A program made the position numbers and the translations under genes. A stretch of 64,000 bases of DNA from a candidate division WWE3 bacterium. GTDB lineage: Bacteria > Patescibacteriota > WWE3 > UBA101185 > UBA10185. The DNA lies in the NCBI GenBank assembly GCA_052035175.1, contig JBPOHV010000001.1, positions 41,569 through 105,568 of the forward strand, written 5' to 3'. Positions 1 to 9,646 of this stretch are shown here, one piece after another. Below the pieces are notes generated by a model. That model was given only the letters and a program-made list of their open reading frames with translations, searched no databases and had not been told where the DNA came from. How positions within the stretch are numbered: the stretch's first letter is position 1; every line of letters starts with the position of its first letter.

Positions 1-32
1 AAAAAATACTAATAGAAGTCCGTAACAAAGTA

Positions 33-1532
33 ATGCGTCTTTCAAATGAAAGTATAAGTAACGATGAACACCAAGTAAGTTTTGATATCGTTGCTGCTGT
101 ATTGTGGGGCAACGTAATGTACATAACTAAATATGGTGAAGGACACGTAGTTTTAATGAGAAATTCAGAGATAAAAGAGTTAGAAACTATTACAGAAGGT
201 GGATTTTCTGTGACATCAGGTATTGTGAAAGATGAAGACGTATTAATCTTGGCAACCAGCTCATTTTTCAATAATTACCCACCCGATAAACTTATGGCTA
301 CACCACTTGGTGAACGCGATTTAAAAGCCGAAGAAGCGTGTATCCTCATGAAACTAAAAGTAAATACAAATTTGTCAGAAGAAGAACAAGTAGACTTTGG
401 TGTAGAAATTAAAAAGAAGCCTGTAATAGTAAGTCAGATAAAAGATCGCCTCAAACGCTTAGTAGAAAAACGAGCTAACCAAAAAGATGTACCTTTAGAA
501 ACAATAGCTTCTAAGGGAGCGGTGCTAAACATGAAGTTAAATCCTTTGAAAACTAAAGCACCAGTAGAATCTATCGGTATCAAGTTAGAGCGTAAGAAAA
601 GATTTAAATTTAAGCCAATTGCTTTTATACCAATAGTTGCTGCTGCTCTAATTGTTTCAGTTGTGTTAACCATAAAAGATTCTCAACAAAAGGTGCTTAA
701 ATCGGCCGAAGTTGAAGGTGTTGTAACGCAAACACAACCAACAGAAGATACACCAGAGATACAGCCTAAAGAAGACATAGACAATGAAGCATTTTATGAC
801 CTTAAAATTGCAGATGCACAAGCAGAACCAAAAGAATTGACAATAAATGACAACAGACTCATTGTCATCGACACAAAAAATGGCACAGTTTATAGCTCTG
901 ATACGCAAACACCAAAATTTGAAAAACTTTCAAAGACATACACCAACATTACATCCATAGAAACCGTAGATGAACTGACTTGGGCAGCAATACAAAATAC
1001 AAACAATACTACCGACTTTGTCTCTTTTGACAATAAAGTGTTAGAAAAAACCTCTTATTCTAGCGACACGTTACTTTCAAAAGCAGCTTATTACCTCGAC
1101 TTTATCTACGCATTAAAAGGAAATAGCATACTTAAATATACGAAAGACGGTACAGCGCTGTCTAGTTCTACATGGGGCACGGCAGCTGACTTTGAAGAGG
1201 CGAAAGACTATGTTGTGGCTTATTCTATATGGTTGATCACCAAGGATAACACCATAGTAAAGTATACTGGCGGGCAAAAAGATACATTTACACTCCAGAA
1301 CAACACAGAGCAACTACAAAATCCAGTAGCTATAGCAACAAAGCTGGATTTCGAGAACATTTATATTGCTGATAAAGCCTTGGGCAAAATATTGGCATTT
1401 GACAAACAGGGTAAGTTTGTACAAGAATACGGCAATAGCAAATGGACAGATATTAATGATATTGCTGTAGATACTGCAGAAAAAACGCTATATATCCTAA
1501 GCGGTAGTCGATTATATAAAATTAGTTTGTGA
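33..1532 (+). CDS. Hypothetical bitopic membrane protein. Cytoplasmic N-domain, one TM helix near residue 205, then an extracellular domain with repeated KYT-DG-like motifs.
   Basis: Complete ORF: stop codons lie upstream and a terminator hairpin follows. The hydrophobic segment FKPIAFIPIVAAALIVSVVLTI is a TM helix. Repeats: ILKYTKDGTALSS, IVKYTGGQKDTFTL. The N-terminus shows a weak PP2C-like GEGH resemblance only. Confidence 0.5.
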   Translation: MRLSNESISNDEHQVSFDIVAAVLWGNVMYITKYGEGHVVLMRNSEIKELETITEGGFSVTSGIVKDEDVLILATSSFFNNYPPDKLMATPLGERDLKAEEACILMKLKVNTNLSEEEQVDFGVEIKKKPVIVSQIKDRLKRLVEKRANQKDVPLETIASKGAVLNMKLNPLKTKAPVESIGIKLERKKRFKFKPIAFIPIVAAALIVSVVLTIKDSQQKVLKSAEVEGVVTQTQPTEDTPEIQPKEDIDNEAFYDLKIADAQAEPKELTINDNRLIVIDTKNGTVYSSDTQTPKFEKLSKTYTNITSIETVDELTWAAIQNTNNTTDFVSFDNKVLEKTSYSSDTLLSKAAYYLDFIYALKGNSILKYTKDGTALSSSTWGTAADFEEAKDYVVAYSIWLITKDNTIVKYTGGQKDTFTLQNNTEQLQNPVAIATKLDFENIYIADKALGKILAFDKQGKFVQEYGNSKWTDINDIAVDTAEKTLYILSGSRLYKISL

Positions 1533-1545
1533 TCTTGCCTAAAAT

Positions 1546-1578
1546 CTCCCCAAAAGGGCTTCCATTATGGGGTTTTAT
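1546..1578 (+). terminator. Rho-independent terminator (CCCC...GGGG hairpin plus T-run)
   Basis: The hairpin is CCCCaaaagggcttccattatGGGG followed by TTTT, directly after the ORF1 stop. Confidence 0.5.
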
Positions 1579-1604
1579 AAGGTAAGATACGGGGTGCTTT
1601 TGAA

Positions 1605-1943
1605 ATGCAGGAACTCGTTGAAAATAAAATCGTAATAGAAAACTTACACAGAGCAGCCTGTCCTAAGTGTCAGAAGCCGTTTGGTAATGCGGAAATATAT
1701 ACTGTTTCCCAAGCACCAACATCGTTGATTGCTCATGCTACTTGTGCAAATTGCAAAACAGCTAGCATGATAACAATAACTAACGCCGGAACAGGTCTGG
1801 TACCAATAACATCAGACTTGGGAGGTCAAGAGTTTAAAAAGTTTATAAGTGCAAGTGCAATATCGCATGATGAGGTTTTAAGCCTGCACCAAACACTAAA
1901 AGAAAAAAACATATGGAACTTATTGCAGAGAAAAGAGATATAA
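1605..1943 (+). CDS. Small zinc-ribbon protein (CxxC...CxxC)
   Basis: Contains CPKC and CANC cysteine pairs. 112 aa. Its 3' end overlaps the rplY start. Confidence 0.4.
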   Translation: MQELVENKIVIENLHRAACPKCQKPFGNAEIYTVSQAPTSLIAHATCANCKTASMITITNAGTGLVPITSDLGGQEFKKFISASAISHDEVLSLHQTLKEKNIWNLLQRKEI

Positions 1944-2596
1944 CAGGAAAAAAAGTAAAAAAACTAAGATATGCAGGTCTTGTACCTGCTGTATTATTTG
2001 GAAACAAGCTAGAATCAGAAAATATTTCTGTACCTGGAATTCCTTTTGCAAAACTTTATGCTGAAGCTGGCGATACATCACTTATTGATTTGAAAATAGA
2101 TAATAAATCACACAAGGTCTTGGTTAATGAAATCCAGTACGACCCAATATCTTTAAAAGTTAATCATATCGGTTTTTATAAACCAAACCTTAAAGAAAAA
2201 ACAAAAGTTAATGTACCAGTTATCCTCATAAACGAAGATCAAAACGCGCTTTTGAAAAATGGGGAAGCTATGCTTTTGACAATAGTAGATGAAATAGAAG
2301 TCGAAGCTTTACCAATGGACTTGCCACACAACTTTACTATTGATGCAAATGATCCACGCTTACAAAGCATAGGTAGCAGTATTAAAGTATCTGACCTCGA
2401 CTATGACAAAGATAAAGTCGAAATAATGGGATTAGAAGCAGAAGACCCAATCGTAAAATTGGATAATCCAAATACACAAGAAGAAGTAGAAGAAAAGACA
2501 CCAGAAGAACTTGAAAAAGAAGCTATTGCAGCAATGGAAGCTACAAGTGAAAAGAAACCAGAAGAAGACGACGCCACTGAAACTGAGAACAATTAA
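1913..2596 (+). CDS. rplY: 50S ribosomal protein L25 / general stress protein Ctc
   Basis: The N-terminal MELIAEKRDITGKK...LRYAGLVPAVLFG and central motifs match the L25/Ctc family. The acidic C-terminal tail is typical of Ctc. Confidence 0.8.
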   Translation: MELIAEKRDITGKKVKKLRYAGLVPAVLFGNKLESENISVPGIPFAKLYAEAGDTSLIDLKIDNKSHKVLVNEIQYDPISLKVNHIGFYKPNLKEKTKVNVPVILINEDQNALLKNGEAMLLTIVDEIEVEALPMDLPHNFTIDANDPRLQSIGSSIKVSDLDYDKDKVEIMGLEAEDPIVKLDNPNTQEEVEEKTPEELEKEAIAAMEATSEKKPEEDDATETENN

Positions 2597-2618
2597 TCTT
2601 TTCGTTTTTGCATTTATT

Positions 2619-4916
2619 CTATACGCTTAATTGGTCTGGCCATTTGGTTACGATCAATGCATCTTCATCAGCATCTCTAACATGTGACCATAATTCCTCT
2701 GTAACAAAAGGCATAAATGGGTGTAAAAGTTTGAGACTATTCTTTAAAACTACACGTAAAACACACAAAGAAACATCTTTCCTTTCGGAAGTCTTTGTAT
2801 ATTCAATATAATCAGACGCCAAAGTATCCCACATAAAATGATAAAGTGCATCTCCAGCATCTGCGAAGCGATATTTTTCCAAACTAGTTGTAACAGCAGT
2901 TATTAACGCGTTGAAATCTAGAATAAGTTGTTTTTCTTTGTCACCCAAAGCATTCTTTATACTAGCCAAATCTTTGGGTACACCACCAGATTGCATAAAA
3001 GCGTCGTTTTCTAAAATATCTATAAATCTGACCATATTCCAAATTTTGTTTGCAAAATTCCTATAAGCTATAACTTTATCTTGAGGAAAAGAAAAGTCTT
3101 GCCCGGTTGCTGTACCACTAATCAAACCCATACGCAAAGCGTCTGCACCATAAGTTTCTACCGCATCCAAAGGATCAACTTGATTACCCAAGCTCTTGCT
3201 CATTTTTTTGCCATCAGCAGCTCTTACCAACCCATGCAAATATACGTCTTTGAATGGTGCTTTACCTGTAAGGTATATTCCAAACATAATCATGCGACTA
3301 ACCCAAAATCTGATGATTTCCCAACCTGTTTCTAATACAGCAGTTGGATAAAAATAATTGAAATCTTCACTATTTGGATAACCTAAAGTAACAAGTGGCC
3401 AATGACCGCTGCTAAACCATGTATCAAAAACATCAGTTTCTTGTAAATAATATCCAAACGGTTGAGAAGCCGAAATCACATAAGACGCTTCTTTTGGAGC
3501 CATCAAAGATTGCAAACCTTTTTCTATTTCGACAAAAGTGTAGTCGCCACCATATGTATCTAATAAGTCTTTGAGAAGCCCATGTACACGGTTTCCATGC
3601 TTATCTAAAAAAGTAACCATAAGCTCAGGATTTTCTTCTACGCTATACCAAACAGGTATACGAATACCCCAAACTAATTGGCGTGATATAGGCCAATCGT
3701 GCATTTCTTCCATCCATTGCGTATATGTGATTTCACGCCATTTAGGATAGATTGTTACATCGCCATTTAACACAGCGTCTAATGCGGGCTTTTTCAAAGT
3801 ATCTACACGCACAAACCAATTGGGCAAAACCATTGGTTCAATTACGTGATTACCTTTATAACAAACTGCTACACTGTGCACATAAGATGTATCGATCTTT
3901 TCCACTAAGCCTTTTTCTTGCAAAATCTTTACGACCTCTTCTCTAGCATTATTTACAGACATGCCTTTAATATGAGCCAGTGCAGGGTAATTACTTACAG
4001 TATCAGAGACGCGCCCATCCAAACCAAGCATACTTATAACTGGCAAGTTGTGTTTTTTGGCAACGTCATAATCATTCTTATCATGACCGGGTGTAAGCTT
4101 TACTATACCTGTACCAAATTCTGGAACAACAAAGGTATCACCGATAATTTCCATTTCTACATTTGTAAGAGGATTTAACACTTTCTTACCAATAAGATGA
4201 GATTTGGTTTTATCTTCAGGATTAACTGCCAAGTGGGTATCTATAAAAATTGGCTCAGGACGTGTAGTGGCAACCACTACATAATCGTTACTATCAACAA
4301 AAGGGTACTTAATATAGTACAAAGATGTTTTGCGCTCTTCGTGTAGTATTTCTAGATCTGCAAAAGTTGTACCGCATTTGGGGCAATAATTGACCATATA
4401 ATTATCTCGATAAACTAAGTCTTCTTTTGATAATTTTTCGAAAGTTTTATAAACCGTATCTAAAACGTCTGACTCTAAAGTATATTTTTCACGAGACCAG
4501 TCTAGACTTGGACCTAGTGCGCGTACTTGCTTATGTATCGAGTCTTTACAATCTTCTACAAAGTTATGAACCGCGTCATAAAAACTTGCACGATCAAAGT
4601 CGAATCGCGACTTTCCTTGTTTAGCGAGTTGCTTTTCATAAACTACTTGTGTCTCAAAGCCAGCATGATCGGTTCCTGGCAACCACAAAGCACTATATCC
4701 CTGCATACGCTTCCAACGAACCAAAGTGTCTTCTAGAGCGATCATAAGTGCATGCCCTACATGCAACACACCATTAGCATTGGGGGGCGGTAACACTATT
4801 GCATACGGTTGCTTATTTGGATCACGCGATGCTTTGAAATAACCGCCTTCTTCCCACATTTTGTATATGCGTGATTCTACTTCTTTATGAATATATTTTT
4901 TTGCTAGTTCTGACAT
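2619..4916 (-). CDS. valS: Valyl-tRNA synthetase (class I aaRS), short form of 765 aa
   Basis: Motifs: PPPNANGVLHVGHAL (HIGH motif), KMSKSLGN, WPISRQLVWGIRIP. A CxxC editing/zinc motif is present. Confidence 0.85.
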   Translation of the reverse strand: MSELAKKYIHKEVESRIYKMWEEGGYFKASRDPNKQPYAIVLPPPNANGVLHVGHALMIALEDTLVRWKRMQGYSALWLPGTDHAGFETQVVYEKQLAKQGKSRFDFDRASFYDAVHNFVEDCKDSIHKQVRALGPSLDWSREKYTLESDVLDTVYKTFEKLSKEDLVYRDNYMVNYCPKCGTTFADLEILHEERKTSLYYIKYPFVDSNDYVVVATTRPEPIFIDTHLAVNPEDKTKSHLIGKKVLNPLTNVEMEIIGDTFVVPEFGTGIVKLTPGHDKNDYDVAKKHNLPVISMLGLDGRVSDTVSNYPALAHIKGMSVNNAREEVVKILQEKGLVEKIDTSYVHSVAVCYKGNHVIEPMVLPNWFVRVDTLKKPALDAVLNGDVTIYPKWREITYTQWMEEMHDWPISRQLVWGIRIPVWYSVEENPELMVTFLDKHGNRVHGLLKDLLDTYGGDYTFVEIEKGLQSLMAPKEASYVISASQPFGYYLQETDVFDTWFSSGHWPLVTLGYPNSEDFNYFYPTAVLETGWEIIRFWVSRMIMFGIYLTGKAPFKDVYLHGLVRAADGKKMSKSLGNQVDPLDAVETYGADALRMGLISGTATGQDFSFPQDKVIAYRNFANKIWNMVRFIDILENDAFMQSGGVPKDLASIKNALGDKEKQLILDFNALITAVTTSLEKYRFADAGDALYHFMWDTLASDYIEYTKTSERKDVSLCVLRVVLKNSLKLLHPFMPFVTEELWSHVRDADEDALIVTKWPDQLSV

Positions 4917-4919
4917 GAC

Positions 4920-5215
4920 TTCCTCTCTTTCCTATTATATAGATATATATAAATAACTTATATAAACGTTGTTTTTGAGAGGCTTCGTCTGAGGACGAAA
5001 GGTACCAGCCTTTCTATTGAAAGTTCCGCTTTGCGGTACGATCTACTTAATTTAGATTATTACGGATTCTCCGGCGAGTTCTATTCGCTAACGTTGATTA
5101 GCTTTCTTCTCACAGCGTTGTAAGGTGACATTAATTCCTTACTCTAGTGCTTTTCGATTAACCAAAGTTAGCATGAAAAGGTTAGAAGGGTCAAGCTTCA
5201 ACTTTTTGATTAATA
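4920..5215 (-). promoter_or_regulatory. T-box-like leader RNA with a Val (GUC) specifier, upstream of valS. Includes a Stem I hairpin, a UGGU antiterminator loop, a competing terminator/sequestrator helix and an anti-SD.
   Basis: Minus-strand reading of the leader, 5' to 3'. Stem I: GTAAGG-aattaatGTCA-CCTTAC (plus-strand coordinates 5120-5142). T-box motif: AATAGAAAGGCUGGUACCUUUCG (plus 5001-5018). In it, the GAAAGG/CCUUUC helix presents a CUGGUA loop. This helix is mutually exclusive with the UUCGUC-cuca-GACGAA hairpin (plus 4984-4999). A CCUCUC anti-SD (plus 4976-4981) lies ~45 nt upstream of the GAGAGGAAG SD and the ATG at 4916. Confidence 0.55.
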
Positions 5216-5270
5216 GATGCATTTTGCAACAAAGCTGTTTTTTCTGGTTAAACCTTTGTATAATGTGCCC

Positions 5271-6521
5271 ATGCGCTATAGTAGGCTTTTTGGCAAAACA
5301 AAAAAAGAAATACCAGCAGACGAAACAAGCAAAAACGCTCAATTACTTATTCAAGCTGGATATATTTATAAAGAGATGGCTGGCGTATACGCCTACCTAC
5401 CTTTAGGCCTACGCGTTATAGAAAAAATTAAGCAAATAGTCAGAACAGAAATGAATGCGATAGGTGGACAAGAACTCATTATGACGGCATTGCAAAGAAA
5501 AGATCTGTGGGAAAAAACAAATAGATGGGATGACGAAAAAGTAGACGTTTGGTTTAAATCAAAATTGAAAAATGAAACAGAAATAGGATTTGGGTGGTCA
5601 CACGAAGAACCAATCACAGAGATGTTAAACCAATTTGTACACAGTTACAAAGACTTACCAATATTTGTATACCAATTTCAAACTAAATTGCGTAATGAGT
5701 TGAGAGCAAAAAGCGGAATAATGCGAGGCAGAGAATTTGTAATGAAAGATATGTACTCTTATACGCAAAATCAAGCCGAGCACGATAAATTTTATGCACA
5801 AGTTACCGAAGCCTATATGCGCATATTCACACAATTAGGCCTGGGAAAAGAAACTTTTGTTACGTTTGCATCTGGAGGCGCGTTTACCGAATACAGTCAT
5901 GAATTTCAAACCATAACAGATGCAGGAGAAGATAATATCTATATCAGCTTTGAAAAAAATATTGCGATTAATGAAGAAGTTTTAAACGAAAAAACTTTGG
6001 AAAAGTTAAATATAAAAAAAGAAGAGTTGACACAAGTAAAAACCGCAGAAGTAGGTAACATATTTGACTTTGGTACAGTAAAATCCGAACAATTAGAACT
6101 AAAATACGCTGATAACACAGGATCTATTACTCCCGTACATCTTGGATCTTACGGTATTGGTATAACAAGAGTAATGGGTGTAATTGCAGAAAAGTTTGCC
6201 GATGAAAAAGGCATTGTCTGGCCAGAAAATATCTCACCTTACAAAGTGCATCTAGTAGGTTTGAACCTGGATAATGAAGAAACAAAGGTTCAAGCCGAAA
6301 AAGTATACAAAACATTAATTGATAACCAGATAGAGACCTTATTTGATGACAGAGTGGAAACAAGTGTTGGGCAGAAATTGAGTGACGCAGATTTAATAGG
6401 AATACCAAATAGGTTATTAGTATCAAAAAAAACAGGAACAAGCGTTGAATTTAAAAAACGAAATGAAGAAGCAAGCTCCACAGTATCTGTAGACGAAATT
6501 CTACTAAAACTCAAAAACTAA
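5271..6521 (+). CDS. proS: Prolyl-tRNA synthetase
   Basis: MRYSRLFGKTKKEIPADETSKNAQLLIQAGYI matches the ProRS N-terminus. Class II motifs are present. The start was chosen at the second Met of the track ORF. A TATAAT box lies 10 nt upstream, so the mRNA may be leaderless. Confidence 0.85.
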   Translation: MRYSRLFGKTKKEIPADETSKNAQLLIQAGYIYKEMAGVYAYLPLGLRVIEKIKQIVRTEMNAIGGQELIMTALQRKDLWEKTNRWDDEKVDVWFKSKLKNETEIGFGWSHEEPITEMLNQFVHSYKDLPIFVYQFQTKLRNELRAKSGIMRGREFVMKDMYSYTQNQAEHDKFYAQVTEAYMRIFTQLGLGKETFVTFASGGAFTEYSHEFQTITDAGEDNIYISFEKNIAINEEVLNEKTLEKLNIKKEELTQVKTAEVGNIFDFGTVKSEQLELKYADNTGSITPVHLGSYGIGITRVMGVIAEKFADEKGIVWPENISPYKVHLVGLNLDNEETKVQAEKVYKTLIDNQIETLFDDRVETSVGQKLSDADLIGIPNRLLVSKKTGTSVEFKKRNEEASSTVSVDEILLKLKN

Positions 6522-6528
6522 AAGTTAG

Positions 6529-7092
6529 TTAATCTTTAATATATTTAAATAAAGCCTCGAAAAGACTGGTATAGACCGCTTTATCTGTCGTAGTGGGTAA
6601 TGTTAAATTTAAATTAACAAACGAGCTATGTTTTTCGCTTGATGAAGACATAGAAGTGTCATCAGGCACTTGTTGTGCATCAACAAAAGGGTGACCGGAT
6701 AATGACAACAAAGCTAACAAAGTATCAGTATATAAAACAGCAGTAGAGTGACTAACGGCAGTCTGTTTTAAAAACTCAGACACGAGTGAAGCATGTGTCA
6801 ATACTTGTGACACAAGTACCGTTTTATAGTTGGTTTGTATGCAAGAATATAAAGTGGTATGAAACAAAGTAGCATCACGTAGAAACATGTATGCGTCAGT
6901 AGGCACACCATCTGCAGATATAAAACCCAAAAACCTTAATAAATTAACAAAGTCTCTATCTTGTGAACTTGTAAACTTGCACACAGAAGAAAAAAACCTG
7001 TAAGTAAACTTTCTAGGAACCTCCTCTACTTTAATAGCATTAAAATAAGCGGATAACTTATCTAGAGACCTAACAACAGGAAATGTGAACAT
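6529..7092 (-). CDS. Hypothetical protein
   Basis: Long ORF convergent with proS. No motif recognised. Confidence 0.4.
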   Translation of the reverse strand: MFTFPVVRSLDKLSAYFNAIKVEEVPRKFTYRFFSSVCKFTSSQDRDFVNLLRFLGFISADGVPTDAYMFLRDATLFHTTLYSCIQTNYKTVLVSQVLTHASLVSEFLKQTAVSHSTAVLYTDTLLALLSLSGHPFVDAQQVPDDTSMSSSSEKHSSFVNLNLTLPTTTDKAVYTSLFEALFKYIKD

Positions 7093-7101
7093 ATATACAA
7101 G

Positions 7102-7199
7102 TTTTCCACAATGACATACAGTATGTCAATACACTGACACGAATACGTGGGTGTGTGGCATAAAATGCAGATGTTATGACACAGGTAAAATGTGGATAA
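7102..7199. promoter_or_regulatory. Two DnaA-box-like 9-mers in an intergenic region (TTTTCCACA at 7102-7110; TGTGGATAA at 7191-7199)
   Basis: The second 9-mer is a perfect match to TTATCCACA (reverse complement). It shares the 14-mer ATGTGGATAAGTTG with the box at 12861. Confidence 0.35.
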
Positions 7200-7224
7200 G
7201 TTGTGCAAATATACTATTAACTGG

Positions 7225-8274
7225 TTAGACGGCTGTGTTTATACTTATAGAAGGAAGTGCTTGAATAGACGATAGTTGTGGTAACCGATATGATGAGAAC
7301 TTAGTTTTGTAATAGGCAGCTGCCGCTATATAAACAGCATTATCTGTACACAAATAAAGAGGTGGTACAAAAGTTTTTATATTTTTTTCACCGGCAGCTG
7401 CCTCGATACGTGAACGCAATAACGAATTCGCACTGACACCACCCCCAAGTAAAATACACTTAACAGCATATTGATCTGCCGCCTGTAATACCTTGTGTTG
7501 TAAAACATCAACTACAGCCTGTTCAAATGAATAAGCAACTGCAACATTATTGTACAAATTGGATGCAACAACACGCTTTATAGCAGTTTTCAAACCAGAA
7601 AATGACATATCACTCGTCTTAGAATCAAACATAGGTCTAGGCAATATCGGTAAAGTACCGTGCAATTCTGGAGTATACGTCTGGGCAAGTTTAGAAAGCT
7701 TTGCACCACCAAGGTACTTACTTATATCCAAAAGGCGAGCAGTTTTATCAAAGGCTTCACCAGCAGCATCATCCAAAGTACCTCCCAAAAAATCAAAAGT
7801 TGTATAATCGCGCATCAAAACTATGTCTGTATGACCACCGCTAACTACAAGCGCCAAAGCTGGGAAGTCTATTTCATTAATACGTGGATTGTCTACAAAA
7901 TTTGCATATATATGGCCAATCAAATGATTCACTGGTACAAGAGGTTTGTTCCATGCAAACGCCAATGCTTTTGCTGCCTCTACACCTATAAGAAGCGAGC
8001 CCACTAAACCTGGACCTACAGTAACTGCCAACATATCTATGTGGTCTTTAGTTATATTTGCTTTCGATAAGCACTGATCAATAACTGGAATTATACTTTC
8101 CAACTGCTTACGTGCTGCAATTTCAGGAATAACACCGCCAAATGACTCGTGTATATCTTTTGAAGTAGCCAAAGTTTCGCTAATAAGATGAATACTTTTG
8201 GGATTATTTTTATCATCTTGTACAATCGCGCACGCTGTTTCGTCACAAGATGTCTCTATTGCCATAATGGTCAC
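7225..8274 (-). CDS. tsaD: tRNA N6-adenosine threonylcarbamoyltransferase (Kae1/TsaD family)
   Basis: MAIETSCDETACAIV N-terminus. HxxGH metal motif (NHLIGHIYAN). Length 349 aa. Confidence 0.85.
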   Translation of the reverse strand: MTIMAIETSCDETACAIVQDDKNNPKSIHLISETLATSKDIHESFGGVIPEIAARKQLESIIPVIDQCLSKANITKDHIDMLAVTVGPGLVGSLLIGVEAAKALAFAWNKPLVPVNHLIGHIYANFVDNPRINEIDFPALALVVSGGHTDIVLMRDYTTFDFLGGTLDDAAGEAFDKTARLLDISKYLGGAKLSKLAQTYTPELHGTLPILPRPMFDSKTSDMSFSGLKTAIKRVVASNLYNNVAVAYSFEQAVVDVLQHKVLQAADQYAVKCILLGGGVSANSLLRSRIEAAAGEKNIKTFVPPLYLCTDNAVYIAAAAYYKTKFSSYRLPQLSSIQALPSISINTAV

Positions 8275-8298
8275 ATGGGCATTATAAAAGGGGATCGA

Positions 8299-9606
8299 TT
8301 ATTTAACAAGTTCTGCTTTTACTGCCGTCAAAGCTTCTTCAGTTGATATTGTTTTTAATATAACTTTGTTGACTGCATCTTGTAAAGCTGTAACTTGACG
8401 ACGATCACCAGCTCGGCCGGCTATCTCATAGCTTTTAGAATGCTCAGCTGTTTGCAAAACCGGTCCTAGATATGGATGCGTTGCCAAATCTTGCTTTAAG
8501 GACTTCAAACTATAAGCAGCACCATAAGGCATGGCTTTACTAGATTCCTCAAACCAAGCTTTTTGTGTATCTTCTTGTGTCAAAAAGTTTAAGAAATCCC
8601 ACGCAAGTGCGGAGTTTTTACTACTAGATGGAACAACGCCCATCCAAAAAGTGCCCCAACCGACAGGCTGATCGCTTTTTATCTGTGGCGGAAATGCAAC
8701 ACCTATTTCCATGTCCGGACGTGCTTTTACAATATCTGTAACTATCCATGTTGGTACAAAAATCATAGACACTTTTCCTTGAGCGAAGGCTGTAGTTGCT
8801 TCTGGCATAGTAGAATCCCAAACGCCATCTTCACGAGAAAAGTTTACAAAATAATCGAAAGCATCTTGTGCAGGTCGTGAAGTTATACCGTCTGGTAAAA
8901 CAATACCTGCTTGAGAAAACATGAGACCTAGTATATCGCTAAAAAAGTCTATATTATCTGCTGTACCAATGGCAGCACCACTTCTTATCAATTCATCGTC
9001 TTTACCCTTGATAGTTAGCTCCAATGCCAAGCGTCTAAATTCTTCCCATGCAGTTGGGGGTTCAAACTGTCCAACTTCTTCAAAATGTTTTTTGTTATAA
9101 ACCAAAACTAAACCCTCATGATATAAAGGAACTCCATAAACTTTCTTATCAAAAACCGCGCTCTCAGAAGCTACAGAATAAAACTTTTGATTAAATGCAT
9201 CTGCGGTAAGTACAGATTCGGGAGCAGGTGTGAGTTTGGAACGTAATCGAGGTACCCAGCTATTATGCACAAACATAATATCAACATTGGTATCCGATTG
9301 ATCAGCTCTTGCAAAAACACGATCTTTCAATTCAATTGATGGGATAACTGAACGATCCTCATAAGTTATAGTTACATCGGGATGCGTTTCTTTATACTTA
9401 TTGATCAAAGCATCAACGACTTCTGGGCTCTGCCAAACACCCCAAACAGTCAAATTACCAGAAGTAGTATTACCAGACTTACCAAAATAAGAGCCAATCA
9501 AAGGCAAATCTTGCAAAGTACACGCAGTAACAAACAAAGGTAGTAATAATAAAATTCCTAACGTAATTAGTTTATTTGTATTTTTATTTTTAAGTATAGT
9601 TAACAT
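8299..9606 (-). CDS. ABC transporter substrate-binding lipoprotein (family 1, sugar-type), orphan
   Basis: Signal peptide with lipobox LFVTAC. Extracellular solute-binding family 1-like domains. No permease or ATPase gene is adjacent. Confidence 0.65.
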   Translation of the reverse strand: MLTILKNKNTNKLITLGILLLLPLFVTACTLQDLPLIGSYFGKSGNTTSGNLTVWGVWQSPEVVDALINKYKETHPDVTITYEDRSVIPSIELKDRVFARADQSDTNVDIMFVHNSWVPRLRSKLTPAPESVLTADAFNQKFYSVASESAVFDKKVYGVPLYHEGLVLVYNKKHFEEVGQFEPPTAWEEFRRLALELTIKGKDDELIRSGAAIGTADNIDFFSDILGLMFSQAGIVLPDGITSRPAQDAFDYFVNFSREDGVWDSTMPEATTAFAQGKVSMIFVPTWIVTDIVKARPDMEIGVAFPPQIKSDQPVGWGTFWMGVVPSSSKNSALAWDFLNFLTQEDTQKAWFEESSKAMPYGAAYSLKSLKQDLATHPYLGPVLQTAEHSKSYEIAGRAGDRRQVTALQDAVNKVILKTISTEEALTAVKAELVK

Positions 9607-9646
9607 AGGGCAATTAGTTATAACTAATTATAGTAGACATTTATTT

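Noticed and set aside
434-1313. Minus-strand ORFs (434..673, 666..908, 1113..1313) inside the first plus-strand gene
   Set aside because: They are shadow ORFs antisense to a long, well-supported CDS. Low-complexity, Cys/Phe-rich translations typical of AT-rich antisense frames.
3081-4736. Several plus-strand 60-90-aa ORFs inside valS
   Set aside because: Antisense to a confidently identified aaRS gene. No motifs.
4980-5200. T-box or other riboswitch acting on proS (plus strand)
   Set aside because: The plus-strand reading lacks the UGG of the T-box motif and has no CCN specifier in the Stem I loop. The minus-strand reading (valS) fits much better.
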